From Malacoraja senta (taxonomy: Eukaryota), in assembly GCA_038087875.1 (NCBI GenBank), contig CM075989.1, positions 3,534,001-3,598,000 of the forward strand: a DNA stretch of 64,000 nt. The letters are read 5' to 3'. A program made the position numbers and the translations under genes. The notes under the pieces were generated by a model. That model worked only from the letters and a program-made list of their open reading frames with translations, did not search any database and was not told the DNA's origin. Of this stretch, positions 11,755 through 24,003 are shown piece after piece (the first letter of the stretch is position 1; each line of letters starts with the position of its first letter).

Positions 11755-12490
11755 TTCATAAGTTTATAAATTATAGGAGCAAAGGTAGGCCATTCGGCCG
11801 ATCAAGTCTACTCCGTCATCCGATCATGGCTGATCTATCTTTCCCTCACAACCACATTATCCTGCCTTCACCCCATAACCCTTGACATGGACAGCATGGT
11901 GGCACAGCAGTAGAGTCGCTGCCTTACAGCACCAGAGACCTGGGTTCGATCCTGAGTAGGGGTGCTTGTCTGTACGGAGATTGTACGTTCTCCCCGTGAC
12001 CTGCTTGGGTTTTCTCCGGGTGCTCCGGTTTCCTCCCACACTCCAAAGACGTGCAGGTTTGTAGGTTGATTGGCTTTGTAAAGATTGTAAATTGTCCCCA
12101 GTGTGTATTGGCTATTGTTAGTGTACAGGGATCGCTGGTTGGCGTGGACTCGGTGGGCCAAAATGTCTATTTATAGTGTCGAAGTGTCTATTTATTTCTT
12201 ACTAATCAATAACGTGTCAATCTCTGCCTTAAAATGACCCAATGATCTCTTTCCCATTTGCCTTCTCATGAATACATTGCTTGGATAGACCGTGGGAGTG
12301 CCAGCCTTGTCACGTCTTGCCAAAGCAGAAGAAGAAGTCGCTACTGTAACAACATTGAAAACATATCTGGACAAGTACATAGTGAGGAAAGATTTAAAGG
12401 GATATGCAGCAGGCAGGTGGGACTAGTGTGGACAGGGCAGTTTGGACGAGTTGGGCTGAAGGGCCAGTTTCCGTGTTGTATGACTCCATT
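11755..12490. mobile_element. V-SINE (+, about 11890-12165) inserted in a minus CR1 3' UTR, then a plus CR1 tail
   Basis: CR1 3' UTR is interrupted at ..CCCTTGAC and resumes at about 12195. Confidence 0.75.
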
Positions 12491-12496
12491 ACTCCA

Positions 12497-13372
12497 TTGC
12501 ACGGCAGTCGGGTCACGACCCATGACGCCAACTGGAGTACACGCGATGAACTGCAGTTAAGCATTGACCATTGTTTCTAGCGTAGCGGGACCGTTAAAAC
12601 CTGCCGAAATTGTCAATTTTGCGCTGTAAATAATTATGGAAATCGGGATAAGCGTGAGAGACAATTTAACCTACTTCAGAATTCCAAAAGTGAGGAGAAA
12701 TGACGGTAGATAGAAGCGAGAGATAAAGGGACAACAACAGCCAAAGTGCTTGGCGAACATTGTCCGTTTGCTCACTGCATTTCATCAACAGTAAGGCATT
12801 ATTTGTGTTTTTTCTTGATTCCTTTGGCAACTAAAAAGTTTCAGAAGTGATAAATCTGGCTGTAAAATTTTAAAATGGCCCATGGTTCTCAAGTGGGTTT
12901 TTACATACGAAAGGAAAACGCCTCTGAAGCCAAGTTTACAGCCAGATTTATCACTTCTGAGACTTTTTAGATACCAAAGGAATCAAGAAAAACCACAAAT
13001 AATGCCTTACTGTTGATGAAATGCAGTGGGCAAACGCAATAATTCCCAATATTTTCAATTTCGATATCTGCACGGCCAATGTTCGCCAAGCACTTTAGCT
13101 GTTGTTGTCCCTTCAGCTCTCGCTTCTCTTTACCTTCATTTCGCTTCACTTTTGGAATTCTGAAGTTGGGTACATGTCTCTCACACTTACCCCAATTTCT
13201 ACAATTTTTAACAGCGCAAAAATTCAACATTTTGGCGGTTTTTAACAGGTAGGAAAGTACGCGTTTCGTGTATTAACAACATATACCGGAAGCTGCGATG
13301 TCCTCCAGATGGATTGAGCGGCTCCGTGCGTCAAGCCCTATGACCCTGTGACCTCACGTGCAACCCCCCTAT
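12497..13372. mobile_element. Fold-back non-autonomous DNA transposon carrying THAP-domain exon remnants in both arms
   Basis: Minus ORF 12967-13230 reads NFCAVKNCRN..FRIPK..VCPLHF (C2CH THAP). A diverged plus copy lies at about 12600-12870. Terminal motifs are related between the arms. Confidence 0.75.
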
Positions 13373-13780
13373 AACCTACAGCGAGAAAATGAGAGAAAGT
13401 CCCACTCCCATCAAGACCTTGGCCAATAAATTTTCATTCAAATCACACCCACATCTCAGATGTCACAATGTCCTCCGAGCCACGGGTTCAGATCTCAGTC
13501 TGAGAACGAGAGCACTGACACTTCAGTGAAGTATTCAACAAGTTTCACTAATCCTGCAGATGAGACTTTAAACTGACAATCCCTTTGCCCCGAGAGTTGG
13601 CCATAAAGATCCAGGGCACACTTCAAAGAATAATACTCACCTGGGCTCGATATTTAACTCTCGATCACCCACACGGATTATCTGCACTTTGATTTAATGA
13701 CACTTTATTGTCACATGTACCTAGGTACAGTGAAATGCTTTGTTTTTGCATGCAGCCCGGTGGAATCATATAGCTGACCT

Positions 13781-14077
13781 GGGCAACACGGTGGTGCAGC
13801 GGTAGAGCTGCTGCCTTATGGCGCCAGAGACCCGGGTTCGATGCTGACCACGGGTGCTGTCTGTAGGGAGTTTGTACGTTCTCCCCGTGACCGCGTGGGT
13901 TATCTCCAGGTGCTCCGGTTTCCTCCCACATTCCAAAGACATACAGGTTGTAGGCTTGGGTAAAGATTGTGAATCGTCCCCAGCGTGTCGGATAGTGTTA
14001 GTGTACGGAGATTGCTGGTCGGCGTGGACTCGGTGGGCCGAAAGGCCTATTTCTGCATTGTACCTCCAAACTAAACT
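13781..14077 (+). mobile_element. V-SINE, full length
   Basis: Head, V-domain and tail. Confidence 0.9.
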
Positions 14078-14696
14078 GCAGTCCACGAGAGTCGCCACGT
14101 TTTTGGCGCCGACAAAGTTACTTTAATACAGAGCTGACGGTGCACTTGGTCACGTTAAGTGCCCCTGCCACACGTTAACGGCCCCGCGATCAACAATTCA
14201 ACTTACATTTATTTCTCGTTCAGAAATATTTGATTGGTTTCATTGCTTGGGAGATTCTACGGTGTGTGCGGTATTTGTCTATTGAACGTTCTTTTATATA
14301 ACAGTCTAGAGCACATCAAAATAACGACAGTGTTGATCGACTATGGGTGTATCTGAACGATACACGTCTTGAATGTTTCCAGTGGCTGGACAGCGCTGTG
14401 TTTGTTTCCGGGCGGTTTTAGATGTGATTCTACAGGGACATGATCCGTGCCCAGTGGTTGTGACTATCGGCCAAGTTCTCGCCTCAACCACACCAGACTA
14501 TGTGTTGGGGGAGAACACACGCAAAGTCGGACTTCCATACGCCTTGCCTTCCTTATTTGAGATTCTCAAACCTACAACAGCAACACTAAGAGGACCACAG
14601 ACTACAGGTACAGTTGCTGCCTACAACGCCTGAGACCACAGACCACAGGTACAGTTGCTGCCTACAACGCCTGAGACCCAGGTTCATTCACTACTA

Positions 14697-15130
14697 TATG
14701 TCTGTGTCTATGTGATGTGTGTGTTTGTGTTTGCGGGCATGTGTATGTATGTCCATGCGTCTGTGTGTTGGTGTCTGTGCGTGTGCACATGTGTTTGTCC
14801 GTGTGTGTGTATGTATGCATCTGTCAGTGCATCTATGTGTGTCTGTGTGCGTGTGTCAGTGCATTGTGTGCGTGTATGTCTGTCTGCGTGTGTATCTGTG
14901 TGTGTGTGTATCTATGTGTGTATCTGTGTATGTGTGTATCTGTGTGTGTGTGTGTGTGTATATGTGTGTCGCTATGTGTGTGTGTGTATCTGTGTGTGTG
15001 TGTGCCTATCTGTGTGTGTGTCTGTTTGTGTGTGTGTCTGTGTGTGTGTGCGTGTCAGTGCATTGTGTGCGTGTATGTCTGTGTGTGTGTCTCAGTGCAT
15101 CTGTGTGTGTGTCTCACGCGCGCACGCGCG
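14697..15130. repeat. Degenerate (TG)n microsatellite
   Basis: Direct inspection. Confidence 0.95.
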
Positions 15131-15727
15131 CTATGGTGGGGTGAGTGCTGTATAATTGAAACAGCTCAGACAGAGGGAGGAACAGAATTGTTCTGGCCAT
15201 GTTAAATCAAACATATGTTCACTGGTACTTTGCAGAACGAATTACACATGATCTGTGAAAACAAACAGCGGTCTGTTCTGCCTTTATTTGTGCAGCACTG
15301 ATACAGAAGAACATCTGTTTCCTGGATCTTTAAAGCCTGCCGGTGTAAGATGGTAATATTGACCTTTCCTTCATTTTGCTGCCTGGTTAATCTGATTATA
15401 GCTGGTAAGTATCGCGCTGGGTTGTCTCCCCCTTCCTCTCCCCCCCCTGACAATCATTCACTCAATAAATAACCTGATGGGCCTCCTCTAAAGATCGCCA
15501 TTAACCTAATTCACCAGCCACTGGCAGTTGCTCCAATTTACATGGTCTCAGCCTTAAAAAATTAGAACGACATTAAATTTTCCACTGGGTCTGATTGCCT
15601 CTCTGCAGAAGAGCGCCCAGGGAAAGACAGAGCTCGCTGGCTCCTTGTAAATGAAATGTTTTAAATGCTCTTATCGGCCTGACTATCTGCACCCATGCAA
15701 CCGTATCTCCTGGCTCTCACTCCCTCA

Positions 15728-16730
15728 CTGGGCCAGTACTCGCTGGAAGTTTAAAAGGATGAGGGGGGACCTCAATATAAACACAGGGATGTAATGCTGA
15801 GGCTTTATGTCAGATTTTATAAGTTTGGAGAATCGTGAGCAGTTTTGGGCCCCTTATCTGAGGAGGGTTTGTGCTGGCGTTGGAGAGGGTCCAGAGGAGA
15901 ATGATCCCAGGAATGAGAGGGTTAACATATGATGAGCGTTTGACGGCACTGGGCCTGTACTCGCTGGAGTCTAGAAGGATGAGGGGGGACCTCATTGAAA
16001 CTTACCGAATAGTGAAAGGCCTGGATAGAGTGGATGTGGAGAGGATGTTTCCACTAGTGGGTCTAGGACCAGAGGGCAAAACCTCAGAATAAAAGGACAT
16101 ACCTTCAGGAAAGAGATGAGGAGAAATATCTTTAGTCAGAGGGTGGTGAATCTGTGGAATTCATTGCCACAGACGGCTGTGGAGGCCAAGTCAATGGATA
16201 TTTTTAAGGTAGAGATTGACAATTTATTGATTAGTATGGGTGTCAGGGGTTATGGGGAGAAGGCAGGAGAATTGGATTGAGAGGGAAATATAGATCGGCC
16301 ATGATTGAATGGTGGAGTGGACTTGATGGACCGAATGGTATAATTCTGCTCCTAGAACTTATGGATACTCTCCCACTCTGTAACCTCACCCTCGAGATCA
16401 CTGCTGACTACAGAGACCGTTCGGCCTATCTTGACGCTGCTATCACTTTTTTCTTTGTGAGTAATGTCAAATACTAGAGGGCATGGCTTGAATGTGAGTG
16501 GAGCAGAGTTTGAAGGAGATTTGTGAGGCAGGAGCGCGCTGCCAGAGGTGGTGGTGGGGGCAGATACAATAGTGCCGTTTAGGAGGCTATTAAATGGGCA
16601 CATGGTTATGCAGGGAGTGGAGGGATATGGATCACGTGTGGGCAGAGAAGATTAATTTAACTTGAGGTCATATTCGGCACGGACATTGTGGGCCGAAGGG
16701 CCTGTTGCTGTATTGTACCATGTTCCATAT
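15728..16730 (+). mobile_element. CR1 LINE 3' fragments
   Basis: LERVQRR, LGLYSLESRRMRGDLIETYRI and 3' UTRs. Second fragment at about 16460-16730. Confidence 0.9.
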
Positions 16731-17063
16731 TCCAAAACCAAGTCCATAAATTACACACACTTTCTTGTAAATTTGTTTTCGATGATCAATTTTTCATTTT
16801 CATGCCTTGATTTGAGCTCACATTGCTTGCCCTAACCCCTCACATTAATTTCAATATCCAAAACTTTGTTTTACTTCACTATAAACAAAATCTTAAATAA
16901 CACCCGCAAGACTGTGCTGTATCTTTCCCAATTGCCCACAACTCTATCTGTCTTGTGGCCATAGAATGCTCTTTCAATAATCCAATTAGAATAGATCAAT
17001 ACATTACGAACACCCTCAAGAAATCAAAAGCAGGGGGTGCTGGAAATATGCAGCCATTCGGGC

Positions 17064-17067
<4 letters not shown>

Positions 17068-17125
<58 letters not shown>

Positions 17126-17448
17126 AGAGGGGGAGAGAGAGGTGAGAGAGAGAGAGAGAGGTGAGAGAGAAAGAGAGAGAGAGGTGAGAGAGAAAGAGAG
17201 AGAGAGAGAGGAGGAGAGAAAGGGGGGAGAGGGAGAGAGAGGGGAGAGAGGGGGGTGAGAGAGGGGGTGAGAGAGAGGAGAGAGAGAGGGGGAGGGGGGG
17301 AGTGGGGGTGAGAGGGGGAGGGATGGAGAGGGAGGGGGAGAGAGAGAGAAAGAGGGGGGAGTGAAGGAGAGAGAGAGAGAGAGAGAAAGAGGAGAGAGAG
17401 GAGAGGGGGAGAGATGGAGAAGTAGAGGGAGAGAGAAAGAGAGAGAGA
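17068..17448. repeat. (GA)n / polypurine tract
   Basis: About 380 bp almost purely G and A on the + strand. Confidence 0.95.
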
Positions 17449-17897
17449 CTTCCAACCATTTTGCTTTATCGTTCATTTTCTTCTTGTTTCATTCTTTCTC
17501 TTTTCATCTATTTTTCTCCTTTGTTGCTTCATTTCTCCCAAGCTCTATCTCCCTCCCTCAGTTTAACGCATCTATGTTTCAGCTTCTCAATGCTCCGACT
17601 GAAAGGCTCCTGTTTTCTGATGTCATGCACGGAATGGAGATGAAATGTTCTGTAAACAACTCATTCAAGCTGATTAAAAAGACAGCACAGAGACTTAACA
17701 TCTTGGCAAATGACGAGATTTCCTCCCTGCATCAGGTTAGCAGCAACACCCACACCTCGACTGTGAATCTGTCCTTTCTCTCTGTGGGCGAGGGCAGAAC
17801 TGCCCTCAATGGCCGGCACATTCTGTGTTTTTATTTCCAGGGCTGTGATGTGTGGCTCAGCCCTCTTGGAACAGGAGATAGAACATTGAACAGTACA

Positions 17898-18113
17898 GAA
17901 GATAGATACGAAAAGCTGGAGTAACTCAGCGGGTCAGGCAGCATCTCCGGTGAGAAGGAATAGGTGATGTTTCAGGTGACTCTCAGTCTGAAGAAAGGGC
18001 TCGACCCAAAACGTCACCTATTCCTTTCCTCCGGAGATGTTGCCTGTCTCGCTGAGTTACTCCAGCGTTTTGTGTCTATCTTCGGTTTAAACCAACATCT
18101 GCGGTTCCTTCCT
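17898..18113. mobile_element. Penelope pLTR fold-back
   Basis: Inverted arms around a degenerate hammerhead motif at about 17988-18016. Confidence 0.75.
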
Positions 18114-18114
18114 A

Positions 18115-19075
18115 GATAGAACAGTACAGCACAATAACAGGTTCTTCGGTCCACAATGTCTCTGCCAACCATGATGCCAAGACCAACACATATCTGCCGG
18201 CACATAATCCATATCCCCCCATAGCCATATGCCTGTCCAAAAGTCTCTTAAATGCCACTAACAAGTATACTTCAACCACCATCCCTGACAGCGTGTTCCA
18301 AGCACCCACCTCACTCTGCCCCGCACATCTCCTTTCAATGCTGCTCCTTTCACTTTAAAGCTATGCATTCTGATATTTAGATTTTCCATCCTGGGAAAAA
18401 CGTTCTGACTATCTTGTAGGCTTGTATTCACTGGAGTTTAGAAGGATGAGGGGGCATCTTATAGAAACATATCAAATTATAAAAGGACTGGACAAGCAAG
18501 ATGCAGGAAAATTGTTCCCAATGTTGGGGGAGTCCAGTACCAGGGGCCACAGTCTAAGAATAAAGGGGAGGTCATTTAAGACTGAGGTGAGAAAAAACGT
18601 TTTCACCCAGAGAGCTGTGAATTTATGGAATTCCCTGCCACAGAGGGCAGTGGAGGCCAAGTCACTGGATGGATTTAAGAGCGAGTTAAATAGAGCTCTA
18701 GGGGCTAGTGGAGGCAAGGGATATGGGGAGAAGGCAGGCACGGGTTATTGATAGGGGACGATCAGCCATGATCACAATGAATACTGGCTTGAAGGGCCGA
18801 ATGGCCTCCTCCTGCACCTATTTTCTATGTTTCAATCTACCCTATCTATATCTCCCATAATCGTATATACTTCCCTGCAACCTCTGGCACTCCAGAGAAA
18901 CAAACCAAGTCTGTCCAATCTTGCCCTGTAGCTAATATCCTCCAATCCAGGCATCATTCTGCTAAATGTCCTCTGCACCCTTTCCAAAGCCTCCACATCC
19001 TTCCTCGAATGGGGTGACCAGAACTGCACACAATACTCCAAATGCAGCCTAACGAGAGTGCAATCGAGCTGCATT
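18115..19075 (-). mobile_element. Minus CR1 fragment interrupted by a plus CR1 3' fragment (about 18420-18830)
   Basis: Minus: LEYCVQFWSP..LERVQR. Insert: YSLEFRRMRG..FTQRAVNLWNSLP. Confidence 0.85.
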
Positions 19076-19294
19076 ATCTTCGTGATAGAAGGAGCAATGG
19101 TTTCTCCGAAGCAAAGGCAGCTTTTCTTTAAACATTGGGAATCCTTTTGGTGCCTACAGCAGGGCACTGGGCAATGGAGTGACGGACCACAAGCTAGAGA
19201 AGTCTCCCCACCCCCTCTCCATGTTCTCCAGCTACCAGCCCTTCCATTTGTAAACAGCTTAAATTACTTCATGGCACAGCTACCACAGTTATAG

Positions 19295-20030
19295 GGACAT
19301 AGAATCATACAGCTTGGAAACAGGCCCTTCAGCCCAACTTGCCCATGCCGACCAAGATGCCCCATGCTGTTATCAGGCAATTGAACCAAACAACTAGCGA
19401 GCAGTCCTAAACAGCTATCAACTTCACTGAAGACCCTTAGACTATCTTTGATTGGACTTTATCTTGCATTAAACATGTTTCATGTTATTTATGTTATTTA
19501 TCATGGATCTGTACACTGTGGGTGGCTCGATTGTCTTTCCGCTGACTGGTTAGTACGCAACAAAAGCTTTTCACGCAGGTCACAGGGAGAGCGTACAAAC
19601 TCCATACAGACAGCACCCATAGTCAGGATCAAACCAGGGTCTCTGGCATTGTAAGGCAGCAACTCTAACGCTGCGCCACCGTGCCGCCTGAGGACCTTCT
19701 TCAGACTTTTATTCTATTTTATCCAGAGATGCTGCCTGTCCCGCAGAGTTACTCCAACTTTTTGTGTCTATCTTCGGTGTATACCAGCATCTGCAGTTCC
19801 TTCCTACAAAGTGATCGGTGGATGCAGGTGAGGGAAGGTTTGACTGGAAAATGCGTGGACAAAGGTGTGAGAAGAAAATGAGTCCGAATTGTGTTTAATA
19901 AGGTGAGGAGAGCAGGGAAATATAAAAATGTGTGATGGTGGGTCTTGAACTGAAACGTCACCTCTCCATTTCTTCCAGAGATGCTGCCTGACCTATTGAG
20001 TTACTCCAGCACTTTATGTCCATCTTAAGT
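19295..20030. mobile_element. Cluster of CR1 tail, Rex-type tail, V-SINE head and pLTR fragments
   Basis: Motifs shared with other copies in the window. Confidence 0.65.
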
Positions 20031-20214
20031 GAAATGTAAAGCCAACTAAAGCTGTGTGGGTGGAAGGGAATGGAGGAGGGGGGGGGAGGAAGAGGGGTGG
20101 GATGGGAGAAATGGGGGGGGGGGTTTAATAGGAAAGAGAAGAGGGAAGGGGGAGGGGTAAGACATACATTTGGAGAATTCCATGTTCATAATGTTGGGTT
20201 GACTTACAATTGCA

Positions 20215-20545
20215 GGGGCGGCAAAGTGGCACAGTGGCAAACGCACAGTGGCACAGAGGCACAGAGGACAGTGGCAAAGTGGCACAGAGGCATAGTGGTA
20301 GAGTTGTTACCTCACAGAACCAGAGACTCGGGTTTGATCCTGATCTCGGGTGCTGCCTGTTCTGGGTTTGTACGTTCTCCCCGTGACCGTGTGGGTTTTC
20401 TCCAGGAGCTCCAGTTTCCTCCCACAGGTTTGTAGGTGGTTGGTTTGGCTTCTGTACATTGTCCCTAGTGTGTAGGATAGCACTAGTGTACGGACATGCT
20501 GGGTTGAAGAGCCTGTTTCCAGGCTGTATCTATAAACTAGAATTA
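20215..20545 (+). mobile_element. V-SINE with reiterated 5' head (CACAGTGGC units)
   Basis: Several CACAGTGGC/CACAGAGGC units precede the normal head. Confidence 0.8.
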
Positions 20546-20704
20546 ATTTCAATGTTTCTTAATCAATAGATGAATGGATACAAAATCAATTGATAAGGGA
20601 ATTGATGAGCAAAATGGAACTGAAGGATCACACATGGTCTATTAAAATGATAGAAGACGTTTGAGGAGATATTTGACCCATTCCTGCTCCTCCTATTATA
20701 GAGT

Positions 20705-22025
20705 AGAGTCATTGAGTGGTACAGTGTGGAAACAGGCCCTTCGGCCCAACTTGCCCACACACTGGCCAACATGTCCCAGCTGCATCAGTCCCATTTCCCC
20801 ACATTTGGTCCTTATCCCTCCAAACCTGTCCTGTCCAACTGGTCTGAAGAAGGGTCTTGACCCGAAACGTGACCCATTCCTTCTCCCCAGAGATGCTTCC
20901 TGCCCCGTAGAGTTACACCAGCATTTTCAGTCTATCTTCTAACTGTTTCTTAAACATTGGGATAGTCCCAGCCTCAACTACCTCCTCTGGCAGCTTGTCC
21001 CATACTCCCACACCCTTTGTGTGAAAAAGTTACTCCTCTATAAGATTACCCCTCATCCCAAGAGTCCCAGCTTACTCAACCTCTCCCTTTTGCGCAGACC
21101 CTCAAATCCAAACAACATCCTCGTAAGTTTTCTCTGTACCCTTTCCAGCTCTCCAGTTTGGCAACCTGACGGTATTAGAGAGTCAACAGATCATAGAGAT
21201 GTACAGCCCAGGAACAGACCCTCTTGACCCTTGCCCAATCTGACCATGATGACAAAGGCCATATGCTCACATTAGGCTGGAATCCCCATGTGCCTTTCCT
21301 ACCAGGTATCTGTCCAAATGCCTCTGAAACCCCTGGGGAAAATGGCCTGGAAAATAATGATTAACATCCCTATCTTACAGGCATAGAAACAGATGCTAGG
21401 TCATCCAAAGGTCAGGGCAAAACTAACGCACACAGTGCACAGGGAGTTTGCCACCCTCAATATACTGGTAGAAAGGGGCAGCATGGAGGCGCAGTGGTAG
21501 TGTTGCTGGCTTATAGCACCAGAGGCGCGGGTTCGATCCTGACTCTGGGTGCGGTCTGTACGGAGTTTGTATGTTCTCACCGTGACCGCCTGGGTTTCAC
21601 AGGTTTCCTCCCACACTCCAAAGACGTACAGGTTTGTCAGTTAATTGGCTTTGGTGGAATAGAAGTATATAAAATTATCAGGGGAATAGATGGGATAGAC
21701 AGCCAGAATCTTTTTCCCAGGGTGCGGATGTAAAATACTCGAAGACATAGCTTCAAGGTCAAAGGGGCAAAGGTTAATGGAGATGTGCAGGGCAAGATTT
21801 CTATACAGAGATCGGGGAGTGCCTGGAACGCACTGCCAGGGGTGGTAGTGGAAGCAGATGCAATAGTGGTGTTTAAGAGGCTCATAGATAGGCACATGGG
21901 TATGCAGATAATGGAGGGATATGGATTACATGCGGGCAAAGGGTATTAGTTTAACTGGCATCAGATTCGGCATGGACATTGTGGGCCGAAGGGCCTGTTC
22001 CAGTGCTGTACTGTTCTATGTTCTA
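20705..22025. mobile_element. CR1 (-, about 20705-21150, with pLTR insert at about 20840-20940), V-SINE (+, about 21477-21655) and CR1 (+, about 21657-22025)
   Basis: Family motifs. Confidence 0.8.
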
Positions 22026-22379
22026 TGATCTATGAACAAGGCAATGTAAGTAACCATACAGCATTCTAATATAAATCAATTGAAAGAACACAGCACATAA
22101 CAGAAAATGTGTAGGAAGGAACTGCAAATGCTGGTTTAAACTGAAGATAGACACAAAACGCTGAAGTAACTCAGCGGGACGGACAACATCTCTGGAGAGA
22201 AGGAATTGGTGATGTTGCGGGTCAAGAGACAATTGACAATAGGTGCAGGAGTAGGCGATTCGGCCCTTCGAGCCAGCACCACCATTCAATATTATCATGG
22301 CTGATCGTCCACAATTAGTCCCCCGTTCCTGCCTTCTCACCATATCCCCTGACTCCGTTATATATGAGCTCTATCTTAA

Positions 22380-22970
22380 GGGCCTGTCCCACGGGCATGC
22401 GGCAGGCGGCAGGCGCGACCTAACCGCAAGCGGGGGCCGGTCCCACTTCGATCGCCGGAGCCGTATGGAGTTGTGCGGAGCTGGTCCCGACATCGCTCGC
22501 TGGGCTCCGAAAAACTGACACTGTTCAAACATTCCGTGCGGCAACGGCCTGCCGCCCCGCAGCCGCATCAAGGCCGTGCGCGCCGCATCGCCGTCGTACG
22601 CACCGTCTTGACGTCACTCTACCTCCGCGCGGCCCCCGCTTCCGATTTGGTAGTGTTAAAGAAGGAACTGCAGATGCTGGAAAATCGAAGGTACACAAAA
22701 ATGCTGGAGAAACTCAGCGGGTGCAGCAGCATCTATGGAGCGAAGGAAATAGGTAACGTTTCGGGCCGAAACGGGTCTGAAGAAGGGTTTCGGCCCGAAA
22801 CGTTACCTATTTCCTTCGCTCCATAGATGCTGCTGCACCCGCTGAGTTTCTCCGATTTGGTAGTGCTTGCCGCATGCTGGTGGGACCGGCCCTGTACGGG
22901 GATCACTCGACCTCCGCGCGGCCCCCGCTTGCGGTTCGGTCGCGCTTGTCGCATGCCCGTGGGACAGGCC
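22380..22970. mobile_element. PIF/Harbinger-type MITE with nested Penelope fold-back
   Basis: TIR AGGGCCTGTCCCACGGGCATGCG / CGCATGCCCGTGGGACAGGCC, preceded by TTA. Right TSD lost. Confidence 0.8.
22656..22853. mobile_element. Young Penelope pLTR fold-back containing a hammerhead motif (+, 22777-22804)
   Basis: Perfect 67-bp inverted arms, flanked by the direct repeat TCCGATTTGGTAGTG. Confidence 0.85.
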
Positions 22971-23869
22971 TCCACTGCCTTCTGAGGCAGAGAATTCCAC
23001 AGATTACAACCCTCTGTGTGGAAAAAGTGTTTCCTCATCTCCGTTCTAAATGGCTTACCCCTTATTCTTAAACTGTGGCCTCTGGTTCTGGACTCCCCCA
23101 ACACCGGGAACATGTTTCCTGCCTCTAGCGTGTCCAAACCCTTAATAATCTTATATGTTTCAATAAGATCCCCTCTCATCTTTCTAAATTCCAGAGTATA
23201 CAAGCCCAGCCGCTCCATTCTATCAACATTGACATTCTGGCCATCCCAGGAATCGGACCGAGACCCTTCTTCAGACTGCTCCAGAGATGCTGCCAGTCCC
23301 GCTGAGTTACTCCAGCATTTGTGTCTATCTTCGGTTTAAACCAGCATCTGCGGCTCTTTTCCACACACTATTGATCTCAGTACCTGGTTAAGCTCTGTTT
23401 ACAATAGGGCCCTAAATACGCCCGGCAATATGAAGTCACACTGACCCTGAACCATCCGTAGAGGGTTTAAGAATGAATAGGACAACTGCAGATGTTGGGA
23501 AGCATATCCGATCAGCTGGAATGGAAAGTTATTAAACTAAATATAGTTCTTCTGGGAGAACTGGATATGTGTGATTTTTAGTAAGTAGATGAAATGTATA
23601 CACTCGGCAATACCTGTTTCTAAGCATTAAGGCATTAACTTATCAGCATTACCACCCCCCTTCAAGTCCCCACCTTGATCAGTACAGCAGTTGCAGACAA
23701 TACACCAGGTGTTCAGGTAATCCATGTGTATGCCATTTAATTAAACTAAGTGAGGTGTGGATCTCAGAAGAGCACACTGTCGGGGCTATCAGCTGCAGTC
23801 AGGACCGACGTATCCCACTCCTGATCTCTATTCACTTGTCCTTTGCTTAAACGTTTTACTTCATTTTAG

Positions 23870-24003
23870 GCTTTACTTTGGAGATACAGCGCGGAAACAG
23901 GTCCTCAGGTCCACCGAGTCCGCGCCGGCCAGCGATCACCCCGTACTGTAGCCCGATCCTACACACTAGGAACAATTTTCCCAAAGCCAATTAACCTACA
24001 AAC
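23870..24003 (-). mobile_element. V-SINE 3' part
   Basis: Reverse-complement tail. Confidence 0.75.

Larger units (their letters stand above)
22235..23250 (-). mobile_element. CR1 3' fragment split by a MITE
   Basis: LGLYTLEFRKMRGDLIETYKI..LWNSLPQKAVEA on the minus strand, with its 3' UTR at about 22235-22376. Confidence 0.85.

Noticed and set aside
12967..13230. Domesticated THAP host gene
   Set aside because: The conserved THAP Trp appears substituted, there is no ATG start, and it lies in an inverted-repeat element with a decayed twin.
16955..17924. Glu/Arg- and Ser/Leu/Pro-rich ORFs (also 26844-27302)
   Set aside because: Produced by GA-rich tracts; no domain or splice support.
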